Source: Bacteroidota bacterium
GTDB taxonomy: Bacteria; Bacteroidota; Rhodothermia; Rhodothermales; JBCDJV01
Length of the DNA stretch: 64,000 nucleotides
Direction of reading: 5' to 3'
Assembly: GCA_038747425.1 (NCBI GenBank)
Contig: JBCDJV010000006.1
Span: 13,470-77,469 of the forward strand
Each line of letters starts with the position of its first letter. Positions within the stretch are counted from its first letter, which is position 1. Position numbers and translations under genes: made by a program. This document shows positions 26,014 through 35,685 of this stretch, piece after piece. The notes beneath the pieces are model-generated. The model was given only the letters and a program-made list of their open reading frames with translations, was not told the origin of the DNA and ran no database searches.

Positions 26014-27345
26014 CTAGCTGTTGCGCCCGGCGAGCTCAATTCCTTCTTGCTCGTTCACGCGCAGCAGCAGGAGCCCACCCACCAGGAAGAAGACCAGCAC
26101 GACCGATACGCCGACGCGCTGGGAATCGAAGGCCTCCGTGAGAAGGCCGAGAAAGAGAGGCCCCATGAACGCGGTAAATTTGCCCGAGAAGGCAAAGAAG
26201 CCATAAAACTCGGTCTCCTTGGCTGGAGGGACGAAACGCCCCATCAGGGACCGGCTGGCCGACTGATTGGGGCCGGCCAGCAGCCCCACCAGAATACCTG
26301 ACACCCAGAAGAGGGTCACATTGGTGGTCAGCACGGCCAGCACTGTGGCGGCGCTCAGCCCGACCAGGCTCACCAGGATGGTCCACCGTCCGCCCACGTA
26401 GTCGTCCAGGAAGCCAAACAGCAAGGCGCCCACCCCCGCGCTCACGTTCAGGGCGATGCCGAAGAAAAAGATCTCGTTCGTGGTAAACCCGAAGGTCCCC
26501 GCCGCATAGATGCCGCCAAAGGCGAAGATGGTGATGAGGCCATCGTTGTAGACGAGCCGAGCCACGAGCAGGCGGACAATCTGCCGAAACCGGCGCACCT
26601 CAGTGAACGTGGTCTTGATTTGCTGCAACGCGGCCTTGAGGCCTCCACGGGACGTGTCGGATCCCTTTGGATCTTCAACGAGAAAGAAAAACGGCAAGGC
26701 GAACACCGCATACCAGGCGGCCACGAGCAGGTTGGTGGCGCGCACATGCGTGCCATCCTTGAGCAGGCCGAACGGCGGCGCATCGGCATTGATGAAGACC
26801 AGCCAGGCCAGAATCATGCACGCGAGTCCGCCCACATACCCAGCGCCCCACCCATAGCCAGAGATCCGGCCGATGGTAGAGGGCGTGGCCAGGTCCGGTA
26901 GGTAGGCATTGTAAAAGACGTTGGCCATCTCAAACGCTACGTTGGCCACCACAAACCACACCAGCGCTTGGGTAACATCACCCGGCAGGGGAAAGAAGAG
27001 ACCAACCGTAGCGGCGATGCACACCACCGTAGAGATCAGCAAAAACACCTTCCGGCTGCCCCCACGGTCGGCTAGGGCCCCCATGATGGGCGAGAGGAGG
27101 GCGATGATGATGGCCGAGGCGGTGATCCCGCGCGACCACAACGCCGTCCCCGTGTTCGAGTCTGGGGCGATGGCCTCGGTGAAATACGTGGCGTAGACGA
27201 ACGTGACGACCAGCGTGGTGAAGGCTGAGTTGGCGAAGTCGTACACCATCCAGCTCACGATGGCACGGCGTGGCGCAGGTGAGGTCGACACAAGCAGGAG
27301 AGGCAAGGTGGTGGAGAGGTCGCAAGGTAGACGGCGCCCGCGCAA
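26014..27345 (-). CDS. MFS transporter (UMF1-like)
   Basis: WMVYDFANSAFTT N-terminal signature and 12 hydrophobic spans. The true start is probably the GTG encoding VSTSPAPRR (~27.30 kb) rather than 27345. Confidence 0.8.
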   Translation of the reverse strand: MRGRRLPCDLSTTLPLLLVSTSPAPRRAIVSWMVYDFANSAFTTLVVTFVYATYFTEAIAPDSNTGTALWSRGITASAIIIALLSPIMGALADRGGSRKVFLLISTVVCIAATVGLFFPLPGDVTQALVWFVVANVAFEMANVFYNAYLPDLATPSTIGRISGYGWGAGYVGGLACMILAWLVFINADAPPFGLLKDGTHVRATNLLVAAWYAVFALPFFFLVEDPKGSDTSRGGLKAALQQIKTTFTEVRRFRQIVRLLVARLVYNDGLITIFAFGGIYAAGTFGFTTNEIFFFGIALNVSAGVGALLFGFLDDYVGGRWTILVSLVGLSAATVLAVLTTNVTLFWVSGILVGLLAGPNQSASRSLMGRFVPPAKETEFYGFFAFSGKFTAFMGPLFLGLLTEAFDSQRVGVSVVLVFFLVGGLLLLRVNEQEGIELAGRNS

Positions 27346-27429
27346 GAGGCAAGCGGCCGGTCAGGGTGCGCGGGCTGGTGGGTGTAGGTCTCAGGAAGAG
27401 CATGTATCTTTGGCCCTTACTTGTTCTTC

Positions 27430-28815
27430 ATGCGCAGGATGGCGCGTGGAAGCGCCTCTCTGCTTTATCGACCGACGTCTATGGTTGCCCGCTTCGCTCT
27501 CTTCGGCCTGGTGCTGACTTTGCTGCCGGCGGCTACCCTCTCCGCTCAAGGCCTCAGTGAGGAGGAGGCTCGCATCGTGGCGTTCGTGGATGCCCACTTG
27601 GAGGAGGCCATCGACCTGCTGGAGGCCTCCGTCAATATCAACAGCGGGACGCTCAACCCAGAGGGCGTCTATGCGGCTGGCGAGCACATACGGCCGCATT
27701 TTGAGGCGCTAGGCCTGACCACGCGGTGGGCCACCGTACCGGATTCGTTGGAGCGGGCGGGGCACCTCGTGGCTGAGCGGACGGGGAGCCAGGGGCAGCG
27801 CCTCTTGCTCATCGGGCACCTGGATACGGTCTTCGAGCCCGACAGCCCCTTTCAGACGTACGCCCGGGACGGCGACCGCGCCACGGGGCCCGGCGTGTCC
27901 GACATGAAGGGCGGCAACATCGTGCTGCTCTACGCGCTCAAAGCGCTGCATGCCGTGGGAGCCCTGGAGGGCACGACCATCACGGCCGTGCTCACGGGCG
28001 ATGAGGAGCGCCCCGGCCGCCCCATCTCGGTGTCGCGCGCGGCCCTCATCGAGGCGGCACAGCGGAGTGATGTGGCCCTGGGCTTTGAAGGCAGCGCACG
28101 GGCCGGCGGTCAGGAATATGCCACCATCGCCCGGCGCAGCTCCAGCGGCTGGACACTTCAGGTGACGGGCCGGCAGAATCATTCATCGGGCGTGTTCAGC
28201 GCACGCGCCGGTTATGGGGCGATCTATGAACTGGCTCGCATTCTCAATGCCTTCCGCGAGGAACTGGTGGGGGAGCCGTACCTCACCTTCAACCCCGGCG
28301 TGGTGTTGGGCGGCACCACGCTCTCCTACGACGCCGCCACCAGCCAAGGCGCGGCCTACGGCAAAACCAACGTGATTGCCCCCACCGCTCTGGCCGTGGG
28401 GGACATCCGGACGATCACCAATCAGCAACTCGACGAGACGCGGGCCCGCATGGAAGCCATTGTGGAACGGCACCTACCCGGCACCTCGGCCGAAATCACG
28501 TTCACGGATGGCTATCCCTCCATGCCGCCCACCGAGGGCAACCGGGCGCTCATGGAGGTGCTCAGCGGAATCAACCGCGACCTGGGTCGCACATCGATGC
28601 AAGCCTTTGACCCCGGCCATCGCGGCGCCGCCGACAGTTCGTTTGTAGCGCCGTATGTTAAGGCAGGCCTGGCCGGTGTGGGCGTCTACGGAGCGGGCGC
28701 TCACGGCCCCCATGAATCCATTGACCTGGCCTCGCTGCCCGTGGTGATGAAACGAGCCGCCCTGCTTGTGTACCGGCTCACCCGTCCGGGCGCGGATCCG
28801 CTGTCTACGGATTAA
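27430..28815 (+). CDS. M20 family metallopeptidase (glutamate carboxypeptidase-like), secreted
   Basis: LLLIGHLDTVF, GPGVSDMKGG, TGDEE. The signal peptide MVARFALFGLVLTLLPAATLSA suggests ATG 27481 as an alternative start. Confidence 0.85.
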   Translation: MRRMARGSASLLYRPTSMVARFALFGLVLTLLPAATLSAQGLSEEEARIVAFVDAHLEEAIDLLEASVNINSGTLNPEGVYAAGEHIRPHFEALGLTTRWATVPDSLERAGHLVAERTGSQGQRLLLIGHLDTVFEPDSPFQTYARDGDRATGPGVSDMKGGNIVLLYALKALHAVGALEGTTITAVLTGDEERPGRPISVSRAALIEAAQRSDVALGFEGSARAGGQEYATIARRSSSGWTLQVTGRQNHSSGVFSARAGYGAIYELARILNAFREELVGEPYLTFNPGVVLGGTTLSYDAATSQGAAYGKTNVIAPTALAVGDIRTITNQQLDETRARMEAIVERHLPGTSAEITFTDGYPSMPPTEGNRALMEVLSGINRDLGRTSMQAFDPGHRGAADSSFVAPYVKAGLAGVGVYGAGAHGPHESIDLASLPVVMKRAALLVYRLTRPGADPLSTD

Positions 28816-28848
28816 TCCCCACCCCCATCACGACCCTGCGCGTTCTCC

Positions 28849-30606
28849 ATGTCTCACCTCGATCGCACGTCCCGCGCCGCCGTCCTTCTGCGCATCGCTG
28901 TATTGGGCACCTTCGGCGTTCTGCTGGCCGCTTGCGGAGGCCCTGAGCCCGCCGACCTTATCCTTCACAACGGCCGTATCGTCACCGTGGACTCCACCGC
29001 TCCCGAAGTGGAGGCGCTGGCCGTACAGGGCGATCGGATTCTGGCCGTAGGCACAGAAGCTGAGGTGATGGCACTCGCGGGCCCCAGCACCCAGGTCATC
29101 AACCTGGACGGCCGCTTGGCTATTCCCGGCCTCATCGAGGGGCACGGCCATTTTCTCGGCTACGGGCAGAGCCAGATGATCCTCGATCTAGCCGCCGCCA
29201 CCAGCTGGGACGAGATCGTGGCGATGGTCGAGGAGGCTGCCGCCGAGGCCGAGCCGGGCGAATGGATCACCGGGCGCGGGTGGCATCAGGAGAAGTGGGA
29301 GACGGTCCCCGAGGGCACCGTGGATGGCGTGCCGACGCACCATGGCCTCAGCGAGGTCTCGCCGGACAACCCCGTGCTGCTGACCCATGCCAGCGGGCAT
29401 GCAGGGTTCGCCAACGCCCTCGCCATGGAACTGGGCCGCGTGAGCCCAGAGACGGCCGACCCAGACGGTGGCGCCATCGTGCGCGATGCGGGGGGCAACC
29501 CCACAGGGCTCCTGCGCGAAACGGCCCAGGGGTTGGTGCGCCGCGCCTACAACTCATGGCGCAGTGAGATGTCTCCCGAGGAGTTGGAAGCCGAGCTTCG
29601 GCAGCGGGCCGCCCTGGCTGGCGCCTCCTCACTGGCGCACGGCGTGACCTCCTTCCAGGATGCGGGCACCCCGTTTGATGAGATCGACTTGCTCAAGCAG
29701 ATGGCCGAGGAGGGCACCTTGCCGGTGCGGCTGTACGTGATGGTGCGTGGGGAGAGCCTGGAAGACTTGGAAGCGCAGCTTCCCGAGTACCGTATGGTGG
29801 GACACGGCAACCACTTCCTGACGGTCCGCTCGATCAAACGTGCCGTGGACGGCGCGCTGGGGGCGCACGGCGCCTGGCTGTTGGAGCCGTACGAAGACAT
29901 GCCGGGCGAAACGGGGCACGTGGTCGAGCCCTTGGATGTCATCGAACGGACGGCGGCCCTGGCGCTCGCCAATGACTTCCAGCTGAACGTGCACGCCATC
30001 GGCGACCGCGGCAATCGAGAGGTGCTCGACCTCTTCGAGCGCACGCTGCCCCTGGAAGGCGGCCCGAGCGACAAGCGGTGGCGCATTGAGCACGCCCAGC
30101 ATCTGCACCCCGACGACATCCCGCGCTTCGGGGCGCTGGGCGTCATCCCGGCCATGCAAGCGGTCCACAGCACGTCGGACGGCCCGTGGGTGCCGGTCCG
30201 CTTGGGCGATCTGCGCGCCCGATACGGGGCTTACATGTGGCGTGAGCTGTGGGACACCGGGGCGGTGGTCACCAATGGCACCGACGTGCCGGTGGAGCGC
30301 ATCGATCCCCTGGCGAGTTACTATGCTACGGTGACGCGCATCACCAATACCGGCGAGGCCTTCTATCCCGGCCAAGCCCTCACCCGGGAAGAGGCCCTGC
30401 AGAGCTACACCATCAACAACGCCTACGCCGCCTTCGAGGAAGACCTGAAGGGCTCGCTGACCCCCGGCAAGCTGGCCGATATTGTCGTCCTCTCGGACGA
30501 CATCCTCACGATTCCGGCCGAACAGATTCTCGACACGCAAGTCGTGTACACGATCCTGGGCGGCACCGTGGCCTACGAAAACCCCGAAGCCCTGGCCCAG
30601 CGCTGA
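28849..30606 (+). CDS. Amidohydrolase family protein (YtcJ-like metal-dependent hydrolase), lipoprotein-like signal
   Basis: GLIEGHGHF, HAIGDRGN, IEHAQH, GTDVPVE. N-terminus has LLAACGG. Confidence 0.85.
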   Translation: MSHLDRTSRAAVLLRIAVLGTFGVLLAACGGPEPADLILHNGRIVTVDSTAPEVEALAVQGDRILAVGTEAEVMALAGPSTQVINLDGRLAIPGLIEGHGHFLGYGQSQMILDLAAATSWDEIVAMVEEAAAEAEPGEWITGRGWHQEKWETVPEGTVDGVPTHHGLSEVSPDNPVLLTHASGHAGFANALAMELGRVSPETADPDGGAIVRDAGGNPTGLLRETAQGLVRRAYNSWRSEMSPEELEAELRQRAALAGASSLAHGVTSFQDAGTPFDEIDLLKQMAEEGTLPVRLYVMVRGESLEDLEAQLPEYRMVGHGNHFLTVRSIKRAVDGALGAHGAWLLEPYEDMPGETGHVVEPLDVIERTAALALANDFQLNVHAIGDRGNREVLDLFERTLPLEGGPSDKRWRIEHAQHLHPDDIPRFGALGVIPAMQAVHSTSDGPWVPVRLGDLRARYGAYMWRELWDTGAVVTNGTDVPVERIDPLASYYATVTRITNTGEAFYPGQALTREEALQSYTINNAYAAFEEDLKGSLTPGKLADIVVLSDDILTIPAEQILDTQVVYTILGGTVAYENPEALAQR

Positions 30607-30636
30607 TTTTTTCCGTCTCTCACCCTGCATCGCCTC

Positions 30637-31851
30637 ATGAACGCCCCCGCCACCACCCTGAGCTTGCACGAACGCCTCTCGGACCGCGTCAAGTCCGTGC
30701 CCCCCAGTGGGATCCGACGCTTCTTTGAGATCGCCGCCACCATGGACAACGTCATCTCGCTGGGCATCGGCGAGCCGGACTTTGTCTCGCCGCGCCCGAT
30801 CATCGATGCCGCCATCCAGTCGCTGAACGCCGGCAAGACGGGCTACACCGCCAATGCCGGCTTGGCCGAGCTACGCGAGGAGATTGCCGCCGATATCAGC
30901 GGACGGTACGGGGTGCACTACGATCCAGCCCAGGAGATTCTGGTGAGCGTAGGCGTCAGCGAGGCCATGATGCTCACCATGCTGGCCCTGCTCAACCCCG
31001 GCGATGAGATCCTCATTCCCGAGCCGTGCTTCGTCTCCTACGGCCCCACGGCGGTCTTTGCAGGCGGCAAGGTGGTGTATGTACCCACCTCGGCCGAGCA
31101 CGACTTCCAGGTGACCGCCGCCGACATTGAGGCGCGCATTACCCCGCGGACCAAGGCGCTGTTCTTGGCCTATCCGAACAACCCCACCGGGGCCGTGCTG
31201 CGGCGGTCCGTGCTGGAAGAGATCGCGAAGGTGGTGATCAAGCACGACCTGCTCGTCATCTCCGATGAGATTTACGACCGCCTCGTCTACGGCAGCGCCT
31301 TCGCCGAGGGGCACACCTGCCTGCCCAGCATCGAAGCCTTGCGGGACCGTACCGTCCTCTTAGGCGGCTTCTCCAAGAACTACGCCATGACGGGGTGGCG
31401 GATCGGGTATGCCTGTGCCCCGGTGCCCATTCTACAGGCCCTGTACAAGTGCCACCAGTATGTGGTGATGAGTGCGCCAACCATGGGCCAGATCGGGGCC
31501 ACCACGGCCATCCAGGCGTGTCAGGCGGAGGTTGAGTCCATGCGCCTGGCCTACGACGCCCGGCGCCGGGTGCTGGTAGATGGCCTGCGGGAGGCTGGCC
31601 TCCCCACGTTCGAGCCGGAAGGCGCCTTTTATGCGTTTCCAGACATCCGCTCCACGGGCCTGAGTTCCGAGGAGTTCGCCCAGCGACTCTTGCAAGAGGA
31701 ACGCGTGGCCGTGGTGCCCGGTGATGCCTTTGGCCCCAGCGGGGCGGGGTACGTCCGGTGCGCCTACGCCACGTCTCTGGAGAAGGTGGAGGAAGCGGTG
31801 CAGCGCATCGGCCGGTTTGTGGAGCGCGTGAGGGGATCAGAGGCTGGCTGA
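30637..31851 (+). CDS. Pyridoxal-phosphate-dependent aminotransferase (class I/II, aspartate aminotransferase-like)
   Basis: ISLGIGEPDF, YPNNPTG, SDEIYDRL, FSKNYAMTGWRIGY (PLP Lys). Confidence 0.9.
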   Translation: MNAPATTLSLHERLSDRVKSVPPSGIRRFFEIAATMDNVISLGIGEPDFVSPRPIIDAAIQSLNAGKTGYTANAGLAELREEIAADISGRYGVHYDPAQEILVSVGVSEAMMLTMLALLNPGDEILIPEPCFVSYGPTAVFAGGKVVYVPTSAEHDFQVTAADIEARITPRTKALFLAYPNNPTGAVLRRSVLEEIAKVVIKHDLLVISDEIYDRLVYGSAFAEGHTCLPSIEALRDRTVLLGGFSKNYAMTGWRIGYACAPVPILQALYKCHQYVVMSAPTMGQIGATTAIQACQAEVESMRLAYDARRRVLVDGLREAGLPTFEPEGAFYAFPDIRSTGLSSEEFAQRLLQEERVAVVPGDAFGPSGAGYVRCAYATSLEKVEEAVQRIGRFVERVRGSEAG

Positions 31852-31893
31852 TAGGTGGGGCGGTGCATGGCGGGCCAGACCGTCTCCAACGCC

Positions 31894-32643
31894 CTACTCG
31901 GAAAAGAGGCGAGCCGCGACTTCCTGCCAAAGCGCTCGGTAGGCCGTGGCGGCTCGGCTGCGTCGGTCGTAGGTGCCCAGCGGGGCCCGTTCCACGCCCA
32001 TCCGTTCGATGGTGCTGGCGTAAGGGATGGTGGTGGTGAGGAAGCCCTCTTGGCCCCCGGCATACGTGTCCACCACCTCCCGGTGGATCCGTTTGCGGCG
32101 ATCGATCATCGTCAGGAAGGGCAGTACCTGGGTGCGCGTGCGTGCATGCTCCTTCAGGTAGTGCTTCATCTGCGTCCAGGTGCGCAGAGACAGGGGCGTG
32201 GGGATGAGCGGCACCAGCAGAGCATCCGCGGCCCGCACAATACTGTCCGAGAGGAGCGAAAACGTGGCTGGACAGTCCAGGATGAGCACATCGTAGGCTT
32301 TGGTGGCGGGCTTGAGAGCCTTCGCTAGGCGTTTTTCGGGCCTCTTGAGCGCGCTGAGATCCAGGTCGAGATGGCGGTAGGACCAGTCGGCAGGGAGGAG
32401 GTCCAGGTGGGGAACGTCGCTTTCCTTGACGGAGCGCTCCCACGAACCGGCTTGGGTGAGGAGCCGCTGAGCGCCTCCCTTGACCTTGGGTTTGACGCGC
32501 AGGTAAAACGTGCTCGCTCCTTGCGGATCCAGGTCCCACAGGAGCGTCTGGTACCCGGCGCGGGCCGCATGGTAGCCCATGTTGACGGCCGTGGTGGTCT
32601 TACCCACGCCCCCCTTGGGGTTGAAGACGGCGAGCACAGCCAT
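31894..32643 (-). CDS. ParA/MinD-family P-loop ATPase (orphan)
   Basis: MAVLAVFNPKGGVGKTTTAVN deviant Walker A, and LLWDLDPQG. Confidence 0.8.
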   Translation of the reverse strand: MAVLAVFNPKGGVGKTTTAVNMGYHAARAGYQTLLWDLDPQGASTFYLRVKPKVKGGAQRLLTQAGSWERSVKESDVPHLDLLPADWSYRHLDLDLSALKRPEKRLAKALKPATKAYDVLILDCPATFSLLSDSIVRAADALLVPLIPTPLSLRTWTQMKHYLKEHARTRTQVLPFLTMIDRRKRIHREVVDTYAGGQEGFLTTTIPYASTIERMGVERAPLGTYDRRSRAATAYRALWQEVAARLFSE

Positions 32644-32710
32644 GAGGAAACGAAAGGGGAGAGGGGGAATAGCAGCCAGGCACCACCAAGGTAGTTCACA
32701 GAGGAAGGGG

Positions 32711-33202
32711 ATGAAAACGGTCCTGTTGTTTCGCCACGGGAAGTCGGATTGGGAGGCCGATTACGGCAACGATCACGAGCGGCCGTTGGCCAAGCGAGGC
32801 CGCAAGGCGGCCAACAAGATGGGCCGCTGGCTGGCCCAGGTTGGGCCGATGCCTGACCGTGTACTCACGTCTACAGCCCTCCGCGCCCAAGACACCGTGG
32901 CTCGGGCCGCCCAGGCTGGAGGCTGGACGGTGCCCATCGAACCCGATCCGGCGCTGTACCTGGCCGCGCCGGCCTATCTGATCCGGGTTATGCGGTCCAT
33001 GCCGGATGAGGTTGAGACCCTGATGCTGGTGGGTCATGAGCCTGGGTGGTCAGAGACCGTGGAGGCCCTCATGGGCGGCGGTTCGGTACGATTCCCGACG
33101 GCGGCGCTGGCGCACCTCGTCTGCCACGTGGATCGGTGGGAGGCGGTCACGCCTGGGTGCGCTACACTTCACGCCTTGGTGATTCCGCGGGCCCTGCCTT
33201 GA
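32711..33202 (+). CDS. Histidine phosphatase family protein (SixA-like)
   Basis: LLFRHGKS...ERPL..RG...LVGHEP. ATG at 32711 preceded by GAGGAAGGGG. Confidence 0.8.
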   Translation: MKTVLLFRHGKSDWEADYGNDHERPLAKRGRKAANKMGRWLAQVGPMPDRVLTSTALRAQDTVARAAQAGGWTVPIEPDPALYLAAPAYLIRVMRSMPDEVETLMLVGHEPGWSETVEALMGGGSVRFPTAALAHLVCHVDRWEAVTPGCATLHALVIPRALP

Positions 33203-33363
33203 AGTCACCGTTGCGTGAATAACGAGCCAAGGTTGGAAACGAAGACGGGTGGCTCCTATATTACCGAGCTCCCTGCTCACCCTTATTGGTCTACATGCGG
33301 ACCGATGGTGGCGTGGGCATGATGCTTCACCTGAGTCCGAACATCGTTCCAGAGGGAACTACT

Positions 33364-33744
33364 ATGTCTGACGCATACCAGTACGAGATGTTGTACGTGG
33401 TGAACGCGACGTTGAGTGACGACCAAACGCAATCCGTCATTGACCGCGTCCACAAGTACATCGAATCCAACGGTGGTTCGATCACCGACACGGATCGTAT
33501 CGGGAATCGCCGCTTGGCCTACCCGATCAACAAGAAGCGCAACGGCTTTTACGTGAACGTCTACTTCACGGCGCCGGGCGACATGATTCCGAAGCTGGAG
33601 CGCTCGCTCCAGATCAGCGACGAGATCCTCCGGTACCTCACGCTGCGGATGGACACCAAGATGGTGCGGCACTACGAGCGCACCAAGAAGCGCCGCGCCG
33701 AAGAGGCCGCCGCTACCGCCACCGCCACCGCCGAGAGTGAGTAA
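33364..33744 (+). CDS. rpsF: 30S ribosomal protein S6
   Basis: YEMLYVVNATL......RIGNRRLAYPINKKRNGFYV. Confidence 0.9.
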   Translation: MSDAYQYEMLYVVNATLSDDQTQSVIDRVHKYIESNGGSITDTDRIGNRRLAYPINKKRNGFYVNVYFTAPGDMIPKLERSLQISDEILRYLTLRMDTKMVRHYERTKKRRAEEAAATATATAESE

Positions 33745-33813
33745 GTAGAACCCGGTGGTCTCGGAGGGATGCGTCCACGCTCGCCTCTGGCCCCGCAGAC
33801 TTTTCCGACCGTT

Positions 33814-34029
33814 ATGGCCAAGCAAGAAGACCGTTACGATACGTCGAACGTCGACTACATCGATTACAAAGACACCGAACTGCTAGAGCGGTTCATCAAC
33901 GAGCAGGGGAAGCTGCTGCCGCGCCGCATCACCGGCGTCTCGGCCAAGTTTCAGCGCCAGCTTACCCGCGCCATCAAGCGCGCCCGCCACGTGGCGCTGC
34001 TGCCCTTCGTGGCTGACGCCGTCAAGTAG
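33814..34029 (+). CDS. rpsR: 30S ribosomal protein S18
   Basis: [50 protein letters not shown]. Confidence 0.9.
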   Translation: MAKQEDRYDTSNVDYIDYKDTELLERFINEQGKLLPRRITGVSAKFQRQLTRAIKRARHVALLPFVADAVK

Positions 34030-34100
34030 GTCCCAGGCGCTCTCGCTTGTCTGTTGAACCGTGCGGGCCCCGAGCTGGCGCCCGCCCAACGCTTTATCTG

Positions 34101-34565
34101 ATGAAAATCATTCTACTCAAAGAGGTCGAGAACCTCGGCGACGAAGGGGAAATCGTTGATGTGAAAGACGGCTACGGCCGCAATTACCTGATCCCCCAGG
34201 GCTTCGCCCGCATCGCCACGAAGGGTACCGTCAAGGCACGGCAAGAAGAGCTGCGCCAGCGAGCCCGCAAACTCGAGAAAGCTCGCGAAGACGCCGAGGC
34301 TCTGGCCAAAGAGCTGGCGGCCGTCGAAGTCGTCGTGCACGCCAAAGTCGGGGAAGAGAATCGCATCTTCGGAACCGTCACGCCCACGCAGGTGGCCGAT
34401 CAGCTCGTCCAGAAAGGCTACATGATCGACCGTCGCAACGTGACGATCGACGAAGACATCCGCATGATTGGAGTCTACACCGCCAGCGTGAAGCTGCACT
34501 CCAAGGTGCGGGGCCAGGTTAAGGTGCGCGTTGAGCCCGAAGTTGAGGAAGACGTGGACCTCTAG
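34101..34565 (+). CDS. rplI: 50S ribosomal protein L9
   Basis: MKIILLKEVENLGDEGEIVDVKDGYGRNYLIPQGFA. Confidence 0.9.
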   Translation: MKIILLKEVENLGDEGEIVDVKDGYGRNYLIPQGFARIATKGTVKARQEELRQRARKLEKAREDAEALAKELAAVEVVVHAKVGEENRIFGTVTPTQVADQLVQKGYMIDRRNVTIDEDIRMIGVYTASVKLHSKVRGQVKVRVEPEVEEDVDL

Positions 34566-34591
34566 GACCCCGGTCCGTCCTCTTGTTCTCG

Positions 34592-34624
34592 AACGGCTCC
34601 TTTCCGATGGGAAGGAGCCGTTTT
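34592..34624 (+). terminator. Intrinsic terminator of the rpsF-rpsR-rplI operon
   Basis: AACGGCTCCTT-TCCGATGGG-AAGGAGCCGTT followed by a T-run. Confidence 0.7.
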
Positions 34625-34677
34625 GCATTCAGGTACGACGAGTGTGGCGGGGATGCTGTACCTTACCTGGGTCCGCT

Positions 34678-35268
34678 ATGTACCAGCGCGAGCAGCGGCC
34701 CAGCCTCACCAGAACTGCGACCTCCATGCCTATCTACGCTCGTGTCCTCCCCGTACTGGTGTTCCTGCTGCTGGTTGGAAGCTCCGTGGCGCACGCCCAG
34801 GAGGGCCCCTTCGGGGCGATGGATCGGAGCGAAGACCTGGTCACGTGGACCGCCGTGGGCCCAGCCGTTCCTGTCCAGGCTGGCGAGGCCTACACGGTGG
34901 CCTTGCACGCCCGCATTGACGCGCCGTGGAAGCTCTATGCGACAACAGCGCCCGCGCCGGTGATTGCCTTGAGTGTGCAGGTGGGGGACCCGGAGATGGC
35001 CGCTGAACCTGACCAATTAATCGAGACGACGCCTCAGGTCGCCTTCGACCGCGTCTTTGAGCAAGAGATCGCCTATCACACCGGGCGGGTGCTCCTCACG
35101 TGGAGACAGGCGGTAAGCGGGGACGCGGAGACGGGCCGTCGGACGCACCTGGGGCGGGTGCGCTACCAGATCTGCAACGATGAGCGAGGTCTATGCTTGC
35201 CGCCCACCAACCAGGCGTTCAGCGTGGTGGTGGAGGTCGTGCCAGCAGAGCCTGAGGGCTCGCGCTAG
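34678..35268 (+). CDS. Secreted protein with DsbD N-terminal-domain-like fold (thiol:disulfide interchange domain)
   Basis: Signal peptide, WKLYATT, and the C-terminal VRYQICNDERGLCLPP Cys pair typical of the DsbD-alpha-like domain family. Start ambiguous (34678 or 34726). Confidence 0.5.
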   Translation: MYQREQRPSLTRTATSMPIYARVLPVLVFLLLVGSSVAHAQEGPFGAMDRSEDLVTWTAVGPAVPVQAGEAYTVALHARIDAPWKLYATTAPAPVIALSVQVGDPEMAAEPDQLIETTPQVAFDRVFEQEIAYHTGRVLLTWRQAVSGDAETGRRTHLGRVRYQICNDERGLCLPPTNQAFSVVVEVVPAEPEGSR

Positions 35269-35331
35269 AAAGCTGGGGTCAGCGCGTGGACCGTAGAGGG
35301 GTGGGGCGTGCTTGTGAGGGCGGTGCCCCAC

Positions 35332-35556
35332 TCAGCGGTTCAAGGCATTGAGGGTCAGCCCAACGCCCATGAAAGCGCCACAGACGGCAAACCAGAGCCA
35401 CGATTCCTGGATGCCGACCCACATGTCCGGGCCATTGTAAAAGACGGAGGCGAAGGCGCCAAAGAAGACGCCAAAGCTGGCTCCGCCGGCGAAGCCAAGG
35501 CCCACGTTGCGGAGAGCAAGACGGAAGACAGAAACTGGAGCGGCGTCAGAAGACAT
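35332..35556 (-). CDS. Small (74 aa) two-TM membrane protein, hypothetical
   Basis: Gly/Phe-rich hydrophobic helices. It lies just downstream of the rhodopsin terminator on the same strand. Confidence 0.4.
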   Translation of the reverse strand: MSSDAAPVSVFRLALRNVGLGFAGGASFGVFFGAFASVFYNGPDMWVGIQESWLWFAVCGAFMGVGLTLNALNR

Positions 35557-35612
35557 AGCAGCAGCAGGCGGCGGTTGAAGGGGCTGGGTATAAGATGAGG
35601 CGCACAGGCCAC

Positions 35613-35646
35613 AAAAAAAAGGAGGGGAGCCTTTCAGCCCCCCTCC
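35613..35646 (-). terminator. Intrinsic terminator of the rhodopsin gene
   Basis: Minus-strand reading is GGAGGGGGGCTGAAAGGCTCCCCTCC followed by T8. Confidence 0.75.
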
Positions 35647-35685
35647 GTGGGTATCCGCTAGAGAGCAGATCCGCAGATCTCGCGC

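Noticed and set aside
31256-32539. 427-aa minus-strand ORF
   Set aside because: It is Pro/Arg/Gly-rich and antisense or out of frame to the clearly real aminotransferase and ParA genes. It is a typical high-GC shadow ORF.
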